64,000 bases of DNA from NCBI GenBank assembly GCA_964658305.1, contig OZ210885.1:21948001-22012000 (forward strand), given 5' to 3'. This stretch comes from Leptogorgia sarmentosa. Taxonomy: Eukaryota. Within the stretch, counting starts at the first letter, position 1. Every line of letters starts with the position of its first letter. Below are positions 1 through 10,189 of this stretch, piece by piece. A model generated the notes under the pieces. That model ran no database searches. It saw only the letters and a program-made list of their open reading frames with translations, and was not told where the DNA came from. Made by a program: the position numbers and the translations under genes.

Positions 1-92
1 ACCCCCTCTTATTCGACCAAAACATGGAAATGGAGTTATTTACGTGGATTCTTGCCGTTTAGACGTAAGTTTGCCGTTTAAATTTCACATGG

Positions 93-308
93 TTGCCTGC
101 GGAGGAGGCTAAGATTAGAGAGCAGCTAATTAAATTATTCTTAAAGGAAGTTGACAGAGAGTGCAGCAATATGTGCTCAGTAAAAAACCCCAGCCTGCTG
201 AGGAAAACATCCAAAAAGGATATTTTAAATTTTTCACTGAGTAAGTTTGATGAGGAGGCAAAACAACGTATACCACTTCTGAGTTTTTTTAATCATTTTA
301 ATCTTTAG
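93..308 (+). pseudogene. Fragment of a transposon-type protein, possibly an Academ-like transposase N-terminal region
   Basis: The pattern ECSNMCS..PSLLRK....LNFS....EE.....PLL resembles N-terminal segments of large invertebrate DNA-transposon proteins. It is isolated and truncated. Confidence 0.25.
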
Positions 309-979
309 TCTTGATTAATATAATATGAGTAATATTGTGGATATCTGGTTATAGCCAAGGCCAAGCTTTGTGGACAAAACTCAAAAGCTTGTTGTAAAAA
401 AGCTCAGTCTCAGCTCTGAATTGGCGTCAGATCTGTCTCAGAGTCAGAGTCACAGGGATTGGCCTCCATATTTGTCTCAGAGTCAACATTGCCCTTTGAA
501 ACATACAATTTTAATATTTAATTTGCAGGGGGTTTTTTAAATACACACAAAAACACATACTTAATTTTAACATCTACATAATCACCTCATCCAGAATTAA
601 GAGTAAAAAAGGGCAAAATTTGATCAAAACAAAACATTTTTACATTATGTTAAATAATGTATTTTGTGATTCTCTGTTCTTCTGCAATATGTGATTGCCC
701 CAGAAATGCCAGACACACACCTGCTCACAGGCATGGGGAAGGCTAATTGATCATAATAAAAAAGATGCTGGATGTACAAATTTTGCCATGGTCTGAATTG
801 GTTAGAAAGGCAAGTGGATGTCTTTTGAAGAACATAAGGCAGGAGGTTAATTTCTTTTTTGTGCTGAAATTTTTCATCATTAGGCAAATTCGTCTCATTT
901 TTATTCATTCATTTACTCCTGATGCTCACAATGCATTCTTGTAAAATGTTCATGCCGCTTTCTTTTTTGTTACAGTCAA

Positions 980-2371
980 TTAATGCATTCTGCTTGGTGG
1001 CTCCTGACCAAAGTGACTGGAATAGAAGAATCACAATGGATGCAAAGAACTCTTGGGGTATCGTCAAACACCTGGATAATAACATGAGAATATGGTACTT
1101 CTATTCACTATCCTAAAAATACAACACCCCAGACTACTGTATTTTGCACCCCCTTTCACGAAAAAAATGCACCCTGTACTCGTACTAATCGTACTGCTCT
1201 AAACACTATCAGAGTGCATCAAAATTTCACTCCCCAGCCATCTCCACTGAACACATGTTAAAATTTGCAGTAAATACCAACTAATATCCAACAATTACAA
1301 TAGTATTGAACTAACATATTCTCTCTTATACATTTCAGGACCTTGAGAGGGGGGTTATTGATGAGGGGGGGCTTAATTGAGAGGGGGTGGGCTTATTTAG
1401 TTATCCTTTAAATCAGCAATAGAGATTATCTCTTTGAATGGTAATAAACTCAAAATCATTACACAGGTCACTATATAACAAATACATATTAACACTAGGG
1501 GGGAGGGAGAGTGTTAGAGAGAGGGGGATTATTAGAGAGGGGGGCTTATTTCATTTTTCCACTCAAAAGGGGGGGCTAAATAGAAAGAATACGGTATTGT
1601 GACTAAAATCAAAACCCTTTCAGTGCTGTAGGAAGCAGTTTACTATAAATTGGGACCTATTAGCTAGCTAGCTGAAAGCACTTTACACAATATTATCCCC
1701 CCTGTACATACTATGCTGTGTTTTACCTCTGCACCTAGCTCACTTGTAGTAGTTTCTTCTGGAGATGTGTCCAGATCCATTTGTAGAGGATGGATGTACA
1801 ATAATGCTTGAGCAATGCCACAAACATCCTGCAAGTACTTCACTGTATAACCAGAAGGTGGCAGAGGAACTAACACAAATCCATTACCAGAGGAGCCATG
1901 TCTTAGCGGTTCAAATCCCCCTCCGCATATGAGTTTGGGGAAAGTTTCTTCCAATTTTTTTTTAAGTTCCACTGGGTTGGCATTCACATCAAACTTGATT
2001 TTAATTCTTCCAAGACCGGCAAGCTGAAGTGTTATCTTTCTTTCACGGCTTGGTGCCGCCTCCTCGTCCGTATTAGCTAGACAAAACATCTCGTGAGTCC
2101 ACGTATCCCTTGGGTTTAGCTTTACTCTCCTTTCTTCTGCACACCCTCTTTGGTGGAGGCCAGCCAAATGCGATGTATTTGTATTATTCAAGTTATCTAC
2201 AGCATTCAGGGAACTTCTAGTACTTGATCATGAACTTTCTCCATTATTTAGCACAGCCGCAGCTTCCCAAATCAAATTCATCGCACGGCTTATACTATAA
2301 TTGTTTCTGTTGTTTCCAGTGAACTGGTTGTTTCCTTCCCCGCCAGTCGCCATGTTGATTTTTGTCGCCAT
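980..2371 (-). pseudogene. 5' exons of the IS3EU #0 accessory gene (N-terminus of the HECT-ligase type: ubiquitin-like domain plus C2HC finger)
   Basis: ORF 1664-2191 (WTHEMFCLA...LEETFPKL..GGGFE...LLYIHPLQ) has a GT donor after ELGAE. The next exon from ~1071 is in frame and gives CIHCDSSIPVTLVRSHQAEC, then a stop. No HECT domain is seen downstream. Confidence 0.6.
1340..1597. repeat. Truncated MITE-like repeat
   Basis: Repeated GAGAGGGGGGCTTATT motifs ending ...GAATACGGTA; only one end is recognisable. Confidence 0.4.
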
Positions 2372-3679
2372 TTTGAGTGTTTCCACACAAAAAAAATTTT
2401 CTTCTATGTACTAAAAATGTGTTACTGAGCGTCATGAACCGTATGACGTAGGCACGCATAATACGAAACGGCATAATGAAATCTCAACTGACATAATGAA
2501 ATATAAACTGACATAATGAACATGAAATGACAAAATGAAATATCAAGTTACATAATAAAATACCAACTGAGATAATGAAATATCAACTAGCATAATATCA
2601 ACTGACACAATAAAAAGCCAAAAGACGTAATGAAATACAGAATGACATAATAAAATGTCAAACGCTAAAATATAATGCGGTGCTGCACATCAGAATACCA
2701 AACAGTTAAACATAATGTAAATTTGAATTTTGGCGGAAATCACCCCTCATACAAAAGTGTGTCCGCAAAATCATGGCGGATTTTGACCAAATTTATGTCA
2801 TTTTGATGTCATAATTATGCATATTCTCATGATAAAGACCACTGACAAGCAAAAATGTGGTGAATGAATGAGAAATTAAAGTATTTTCTCCCCCCTTGAA
2901 ATTAAAAATCCTAATTAAATTGTTGTACAATTTGCCTGCAAAGATATGTTCTTGTCTAAAAATTGTCGAAAAATTTTAGTCGGCTGAATTTTTACTCATT
3001 CATACTGCAGGAACTTGGGCAGAAGAAAGGATGTATCCCTTTAGCGGTGAGAAATTAATATTCGCTCTAGGCTCAAAACTTTTTGGTTGTAAACATTTTT
3101 AGAATGTTGGACGATTTTTTAATACATTGCTCAACAAAAACACAGCATTGTTTGGGAAGTATCCAATCATATATTTCATATTGATTTCATATTCGTAGTA
3201 TTTCATCGCATCGTCTTTATTCAATAGCACTCGTTTTAAATTTATATTTCCAGTTTGAACTCTTCGTACATTAAATTCTTTTGTTTCAAGTGAAGATATT
3301 ATAAGTTTACGACTTTGTGAAGTCTGGAAACGTAAAAAAGCACAGTGAATCCTATAATATAAATAAAGCAAAACCTTGCAATCCAGTGAATGTGTTGTGC
3401 TACCATTTTCAGTACTCTTAACAGTGACACCTGGACAGGTTTTAATTTTGAAATAGTAGCGTCAACATTCATTTTTTATATGCATAAAATACCATTCTTT
3501 ACATATAATTCCAGGGGCGGATCCAAGCCCCGTTTACACGACAAGTTTTTTCAGCACAGCACTCTTAAGTTTTGGCATGCAGGCCAAAATGATTGATCCA
3601 TGAAGCATGTTTACATGGTATTTTTATTTTTAGGCTGCGTGCTTCAAAAATTTATAAGGTACTCAATAAAGTTTATGAA

Positions 3680-3918
3680 AAGGTCGCTTCATTACGCTTT
3701 CCAAAAGGGTTGACATGGACGTTCCATCTCTGGTCAGCGTTGTACATGCGTCGTGTATCTTGCATAATGTATGTGAGGTTCAAAAAAACGATTTCCTTGA
3801 ACATTGGACAAGAAACGACGCTCAAGAAGAAGCTGTGCAGCTAATTAAAAATGACGAACTGTCTGATGCGCATACTATTCGCGAGACACTAGCAGATTAC
3901 TTCAAAGCACAATACTGA
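3680..3918 (+). pseudogene. C-terminal remnant of a Harbinger (HARBI1-like) transposase
   Basis: VHASCILHNVCE...IRETLADYF is the typical Harbinger C-terminus; the catalytic core is deleted. Confidence 0.8.
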
Positions 3919-4869
3919 TAGATTTCATTCTGACTATGTAAAATGAAGTGTAAAACTCAACATATATTTATTTTTCCATCCTGAAAATTTCAGACTAAAT
4001 TAAATAAGCAAGTACAAATAATATAAACAGATTAGGGTGTAACTAATATCAAATAATTTTGAGTTAGATGAACTACTTCATATCGGAAATATGATAAACC
4101 GTCACAATTTGAAATATGTGTGTCCTCCGGTTCCATTTTCGAAAATGTCATCTGGTGTTTGCAATATTGCTTGTGATGGTGCCCGAAATGCTGTCTGCAT
4201 GTCAGCAATTCCATGACAGTTATTTTGCTGGATAGGATTATACCATTGAGGATAAAAGACAGGTGAACCATTCCTGCTAGGATTTTGCGCTTGAGTCACA
4301 TTTCCCATCATTATACGCAGCATCTTCAACTTGTGTTCCTGCTCTTGTTTTCTTCTCTCCTTGCTTCCAATTTAGCCTGCTCCTTTGAAATTCATGTTCT
4401 TTCTCTATTCTCAACTCTTCCAATTTTCTGTATCTGAAATGAGCAGATATTTTTAGGTAAGTCATGTTGACAAATGTATATGTCAACTAAATGCATAGCA
4501 ATTATAGTAGTTTTAGTTCACACAAAGATTTTCAGAAAATTCAAATGTTAATACCTTTTAAATTGCTGAAACTGTATTAATACAGCAGTAACTGTACCTA
4601 CGGTGGCCCACAAGGGCCACGGCAAAAAAATGGGAAAACAACGTTTAATATTTTTCGGAACGGCCCACAAGGGTCACCGAAGTCGCTGCAAAGTTTTTTG
4701 GAAACATCACGGCAATTTTTTGTTACGGTGGCCCAAAAGGGCCACGGCAAAAAAATGGGAAAACAACGCGCAATATTTTTCGAAACGGCCCACAAGGGTC
4801 ACAATTTTTTATTAAAACATCACAGAAAATTTTTATCAAAACATCACGGAGAATTTGGTGATGCAATGC

Positions 4870-5055
4870 AATGTAATCGGAAGTAATTTTATGGACCGGA
4901 AGTGAATTAATTGGCTAACGGAAGTCGATTTGCAAAGGAAGTATATTGATGCCGGAAGCAATTAATATTCATGGGTTTTTCTTTCGTGAAAGAAACACGA
5001 ATTTCGTCCATGTGACACTCACGAAATTCATAAATATGGATGATTTTATGTAAGT
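4870..5055 (+). promoter_or_regulatory. Promoter-like part of the IS3EU #1 TIR (mirror copy at ~10170-10350)
   Basis: Five clustered GGAAG (ETS-like) motifs at 4878-4960, followed by ATGGATGATTTTAT|GTAAGT (start codon plus splice donor). Confidence 0.5.
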
Positions 5056-5138
5056 ACATTTAATTTAGGATATTTTAAATGTTAATTTATGTTGTGTAAA
5101 CTGTCAACTGCTGAAGTTAATAAATACATGCAGCGGAA

Positions 5139-6200
5139 GTGAAATGGCAACATGATATCAAAATAAGCATTAGAACGTTAAAAAGGCGCCTCCGTGCTTA
5201 TGGTTTGAAGAGACGAGAGCCGGATTTCGACATCGATGTAGTTCGTCAGAAGATCAGAGATCTAATAAATGGTCCTGGTTGTATTGCAGGTTATCGTCAG
5301 GTCTGGCACACACTTCGGATGCAAGGAATCACAGTTCCTTGTTTGATTGTTCAGAAAACCTTGCAAGAATTGGATCCAGAAGGTTCAGCTGAACGGAAAG
5401 CTCACAGTTTGAAAAAAAGGGTATATCATAATGTTGGTCCCAACTACGCATGGCACTGTGATGGCTATGACAAACTTAAACCGTTCGGCTTTCCAGTACA
5501 CGGTGCCATAGACGGGTGGAGTCGCAAAATTCTGTGGCTTTATGTAACCCGCTCAAATAATTCCCCTCATAATATTGCATCCTATTTCATTGAAGCTGTG
5601 CAAGAGTTTGGTGGCTCCCCACAAAGCCTGATTACAGATTTGGGCAATGAAAATGGGATTGCAGCATCAGCTCAGTGTTTTTTTCGAGATGACCTAAATG
5701 CCCACAGATACGTCCCATCCACTCGAAATCAAAGGATTGAAGGTTGGTGGTCGCATTTAAGGAGGAGTAGAACCACATGTTGGATTAACTTTTTCAAGAA
5801 CTTGGAGGAAGAAGGGAAGTTTAACAAGGGCAATGTTTTGGAGTGTGAATGTTTGTGGTTTTGTTTTGCCACGTTGCTACAAGAAGATCTTAACCAAATG
5901 AAGGAACATTGGAACACGCACCGTATACGCAAATCACGCCATGACACAGTTTCCGGTAGACCAAATCTTCTTTACCATGCACCAGAATCTAAGGGTGGAA
6001 TTTCTGGCTTAATCATGCTGGTACCTAATGAAAAGCTTGAGTATGTGAAATCTCATCTGATTGCACCGCCTGAAACTAATGAGTACCAAGAATATTTTGA
6101 ATATGTTATGGAAGCATGTCATTTGACCAAGCCTTCCAATTGGATGGGAAGTCTAGAGCTCTATCAGACACTAATTAACTATGCAGTGAGTGGTTCCTAA
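5139..6200 (+). CDS. IS3EU DDE transposase (integrase-core type)
   Basis: HTH ISIRTLKRRL and catalytic motifs WHCDGYDKLK, TDLGNEN, NQRIEGWW in an open 353-codon frame. The true N-terminus is uncertain. Confidence 0.9.
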   Translation: MKWQHDIKISIRTLKRRLRAYGLKRREPDFDIDVVRQKIRDLINGPGCIAGYRQVWHTLRMQGITVPCLIVQKTLQELDPEGSAERKAHSLKKRVYHNVGPNYAWHCDGYDKLKPFGFPVHGAIDGWSRKILWLYVTRSNNSPHNIASYFIEAVQEFGGSPQSLITDLGNENGIAASAQCFFRDDLNAHRYVPSTRNQRIEGWWSHLRRSRTTCWINFFKNLEEEGKFNKGNVLECECLWFCFATLLQEDLNQMKEHWNTHRIRKSRHDTVSGRPNLLYHAPESKGGISGLIMLVPNEKLEYVKSHLIAPPETNEYQEYFEYVMEACHLTKPSNWMGSLELYQTLINYAVSGS

Positions 6201-6911
6201 CAGGACTATTATGACATTTCCATCCACAGGAGAACTTCTAACAGGATACCAGCCACTTGTGACCTCCATGCTGCATTGATGGGATTCCAAAATTTGTTAA
6301 TACTGTTGCTAAAATATATATTCCAGTTTTTCCAGTATTTATATTTCACTTCAAACTCAAATTTTTATTCAACCTTTCACATACCTGGTATGGCTGCAGT
6401 TATTTGATAACAAATGATGGTAATGAGCAAGAATGGATAATACTATTTTTAATTAAAGTTCATATTTTACCACTTGCGTCTTCAATATATAAACAGAAAA
6501 GAAACAATGAACGATAACATTAAATGAAAATGGAAACAGCATTTAGTCAATTTCAATTTGCCTTGTCCCACGCTATTCGACCAGGCATTTTTGGTGACAA
6601 AGTCATTGTTTAAGAGATAATTAGACAATCCTTCATATAGAGTTTAAAAATCTGGATTAAATTGCAACATTTTCCCATGTAAATATGTGTACTCGCCAAA
6701 AAATGCATTCGCTAAAATTTGTTCCCAACACACATTTTTAGCTACAGTCAATGAAAAAATTTGGTTGAATTTTTTTTTGATAACTCAATCACCCAAAAGT
6801 GGGAGATTTAGGACCTGGCCGCATAGCGTGAGAATGCATAATTAACATGCACTTGAAATATTAACCAAGTTCTACACTATCTTCCCCCAAATCTCTTTCT
6901 TTTGTTTGCTT

Positions 6912-9900
6912 TTAGGGCCTTGCAAAAGCCCGTTCTTGACAGTATGCTGTAATGAACAGTTCCCGAAAGCTTTCAGGATCTTGCATATGAGAAACTGGCA
7001 GCGTGATTGTTCTTCCACAAGCGCCGATCAACGGATAACACACAGAATGTTTAGGGTTTCTTTTCATACATTCATGATCGAAATGGACAGTGATTGCTGG
7101 ACGCTCTCCAATGATTGGTTTGTGCTGCCTACCAGTTAGCCAGCCGAATACTCCTGGTATAGTGAGATCTGGTGACACTGATACCGGTTCCTCCTTTTCA
7201 CCAGAATCTTCACAGGCATCATCATAGTTCCACGCGATTATGGTGTCAAAACCTTTAACTTCTCTGTCTTCAAAAGCATTCAAAGTATCTTGAAATGCAT
7301 CCATCATACTTTCCTCGATTGTTCTACGAGAAGAACCTTCCTCCGAGAATTGTGGGACCATCAGCGAATACAAATAATCTGAATCAGGAGCTAATTCTTT
7401 GTTGAGCAAACCATTGACAAATAAAGGTTGACATTCATCGGATTTATCTTTGATGATATCAGCTAGTCCATAGCTATTCAAACCGATTGAAAATTCTTTC
7501 ATATACAACATGCGCTTGGAGACAAAACTTACCTTCAACGCCCCGATAATTGCTTCGACGTGTTCTTCATCTACTGTTCTAGTATAACCATTGTCAAAGA
7601 TCAGATCGTTATATTTGGTACAGTCAGACCGTATTTCACTTAGGAGCTTCAACTCTTTAGAACTTAAATTTTCATCCGTAATGTTCATCATATCAACGGG
7701 TTTGTAAATTGCATCATAACTACATTGCTGGAAAAAAAATGGAGGCGGTCCACCCTGTGCAAGCGAAACTGCAACAATTTCACCACATGTTCGAAAGGTA
7801 CCACATTGCACATGTGACGTCGACTCAATCGGGCTTCCATCAGGAAAAATTTCTAAGGCCATATCTTGAATTACCTTTTCCAGAAATTCCAATGCTATTG
7901 CTCCCGAGTCGATCCCATCTTCTCCAGAGTAGTGAACTCGTAAAAGGTTTGTGACACTGGACTTAGAAGCTTGTCTTTGCCATATTTTCAGAATTCGAGG
8001 TAAAGGCGCATTTCGCCTTATAACGAGAAAGAACTGTTCGTAACGATTGACTTTGGAAGCAAGGTTTTTGACAATATCTGAATGGCTCATTAGGATGGGT
8101 CTTGCGGGGCATTGAGAAAGAGATGAGGAAGGATGAGGATGAGGAAGTTGTGGAGATTCGTCTGCAGCTGTCAAGTCAATGGTCGTCTTCTTATCTTCAT
8201 CCTTGGAGTCTTCATTCTTAATAACAGTTTCTATATCTTCTTGCAAAATTTTTTCCACAACCTCTGGAGACACAAAATCATCAAAGTCATGATCAATCTC
8301 AGAGTCAGTCTCATCTTCTTCATTACTTTCTCTTTTCTTTTGCGACTCTTCGTATAAATCAAAATCTGTTGCATCACACAAAAAGAATACAATTCTTTTG
8401 TAATCTTTCCCAACTTCTTTTTTATATTCTGCCAAGTTAAAGAATGTCTTCACTTTCCCTGAAATATATATGTTATTAAGGTTATGAAAAATGCCAGTAA
8501 TAATTTCAAACTCACACCCACTATTAAATACCACACTTTCATATTTAATTTGACTGGAATTTTATTAACCTATGCTAACCATACATTTATATGTTTACTT
8601 AGTTTACAAGCAATCTTCTGTCATAAAAGCAAACATACCAGGCATAAAAAGAGCTTCACTGCCATCATCCAAAAGTAACATATACTTCTTTGTTGCATCA
8701 AAATTTCGATTGAATGCATCCCATTTGTTAATTGCCTTTTCACGCAAAATATTATAATTAGCCGATTGCGGGACAGTTATTGGTAATCGCTTTGCCTTCA
8801 AAGTTTTGAGTTCGCCATTATTAAAGTACTTAAAACCAATGTTAACAGTTACATCAACATCTTCATTTTTTTTCTTTTTTTTTGTTCGAAACTGGCAGCC
8901 GCCCTGTTGTTCTGATCTCTTTCCTTTCACATAGCTTTCAAAAGACTTCACTGCTTTCTTATTCTGGTCACTGTTCACATTTGGTCTACCAAATGAAGTT
9001 GAAGGTTGACTACTTGAAAGATCAACTTCTCTTTCAATTGACCAATCAGGTGGCCCTACTTTAGACTGATCTGCATTACATTTCCAGCAATACTGTGCAT
9101 TACGTCTGACTTCAGAGCAGTTACTGCAAAAGCTAAAAGTAAACGAAAAGATATAGAAAAAGGATTGAAAGCATGCAGAGATGCTGCACAATCAAGATTA
9201 ACATAGGGTGCTTTAATGATTATTATCACATAATAAAATGTTCACATGTTTTTTATTATAACAAAAACTTTTGAAGTACATTTAAAATATGAATCATTGA
9301 TTATCACAAATAACCCACAATGTATTTTCAAAGAATGGTAAATGCATGCCCCATATAGAATAAACATGGTCATGAAAATTTTAATCTGAATTGGATCATA
9401 AACACAAGGGATAGCACTAAAATATGGACATTTAACAATTTCCAATATAGAGATGAGGGTGGTTAACTACAACCAAACTAGTCTTGTATCTTATTCCAAA
9501 GTACAATCAACCTTCTGGTGCAACAGATTTCAGTTATTGAAATATTTCTTGCCTGATATTTATTTAAATTTACTTTTAATGCTAGCTAAATAACAATCCC
9601 CCATCAATGCCCAACACTAAGTAACAGGATACCACATGCACGTAGTTCTGTATTTAACATATAAAATCTACTGCTGTTAAGATATATGGGGGATGGCAGG
9701 AGGAATACGGATGTAAGCCATGCCAATTAACTATTCAACACGTAATAGTATATGTAATATGTTATACAGTTCAGTGGACCATATACAGTGTGTATATGAA
9801 AAGCTAGTCTTTGAAATTCAAATAAGTCATAATCAAAGTGATGCGATTGTTTTGAACTGCGTAGACTTGATGAGTTGATGATATGTCACATAAACATGTT

Positions 9901-10189
9901 ATACACAAAAGCAATGTCCCATAAGTAGAAAATCGTTTGTTTTGAGGCTCGATAAATGATTTCAAAACAATTATGCTTTTCAGATGAATTCAATACCATG
10001 CTACGGCTAATTTGAATTTCAAAGACTAGCCTTTTTTATACACCCTGTATATAAATACGAATAAATATAACTAATCAGTATGTTTTCTCGGATAAATATT
10101 ACTCAAAATCTTCATCTATTAATGCTTATTATGAACATACTTATTATGAACAGATCCTAAATTAAATGTACTTACATAAAATCATCCAT
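6912..10189 (-). CDS. Spliced HECT-type E3 ubiquitin ligase of IS3EU #1, predicted 684 aa
   Basis: Exons 10189-10176, 9132-8639 and 8458-6912 join in frame at GT-AG sites (2055 nt). It has an N-terminal CxxC..CxxC ribbon, HECT N-lobe GEDGIDSGAIALEF and GEIVAVSLAQGGPPP, and C-lobe WLTG...YPLIGACGRTITLP with the catalytic-position Cys. Confidence 0.85.
9786..10047. mobile_element. Tc1/mariner-type MITE in intron 1 of the HECT gene
   Basis: TA|CAGTGTGTATA...TATACACCCTG|TA with ~40-bp imperfect TIRs. Confidence 0.8.

Larger units (their letters stand above)
980..2751 (-). mobile_element. One end of IS3EU-type transposon #0; left boundary unresolved
   Basis: TIR at ~2443-2751 with repeated ATAATGAAAT-type submotifs, ending ...CACCCCTCATA (RTA end). 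An inverted copy lies at 57080-57469. An accessory gene reads inward from this TIR. Confidence 0.7.

Noticed and set aside
2463..2660. Regularly spaced ATAATGAAAT motifs resembling a CRISPR array
   Set aside because: Units are ~20 bp and degenerate with no unique spacers or cas genes; they are TIR sub-repeats mirrored at 57170-57390.
4598..4886. Short ORFs here and at 10338-10685
   Set aside because: Chance frames through repetitive TIR sequence, mirrored at both ends.
5139..6200. Bacterial IS3/IS481 contamination or recent transfer
   Set aside because: Very long TIRs, a spliced partner gene and a eukaryotic TE context fit a eukaryotic IS3EU element.
6912..8534. Host G2E3-like gene
   Set aside because: It lies within TIRs and a TSD, and its start codon is inside the TIR.
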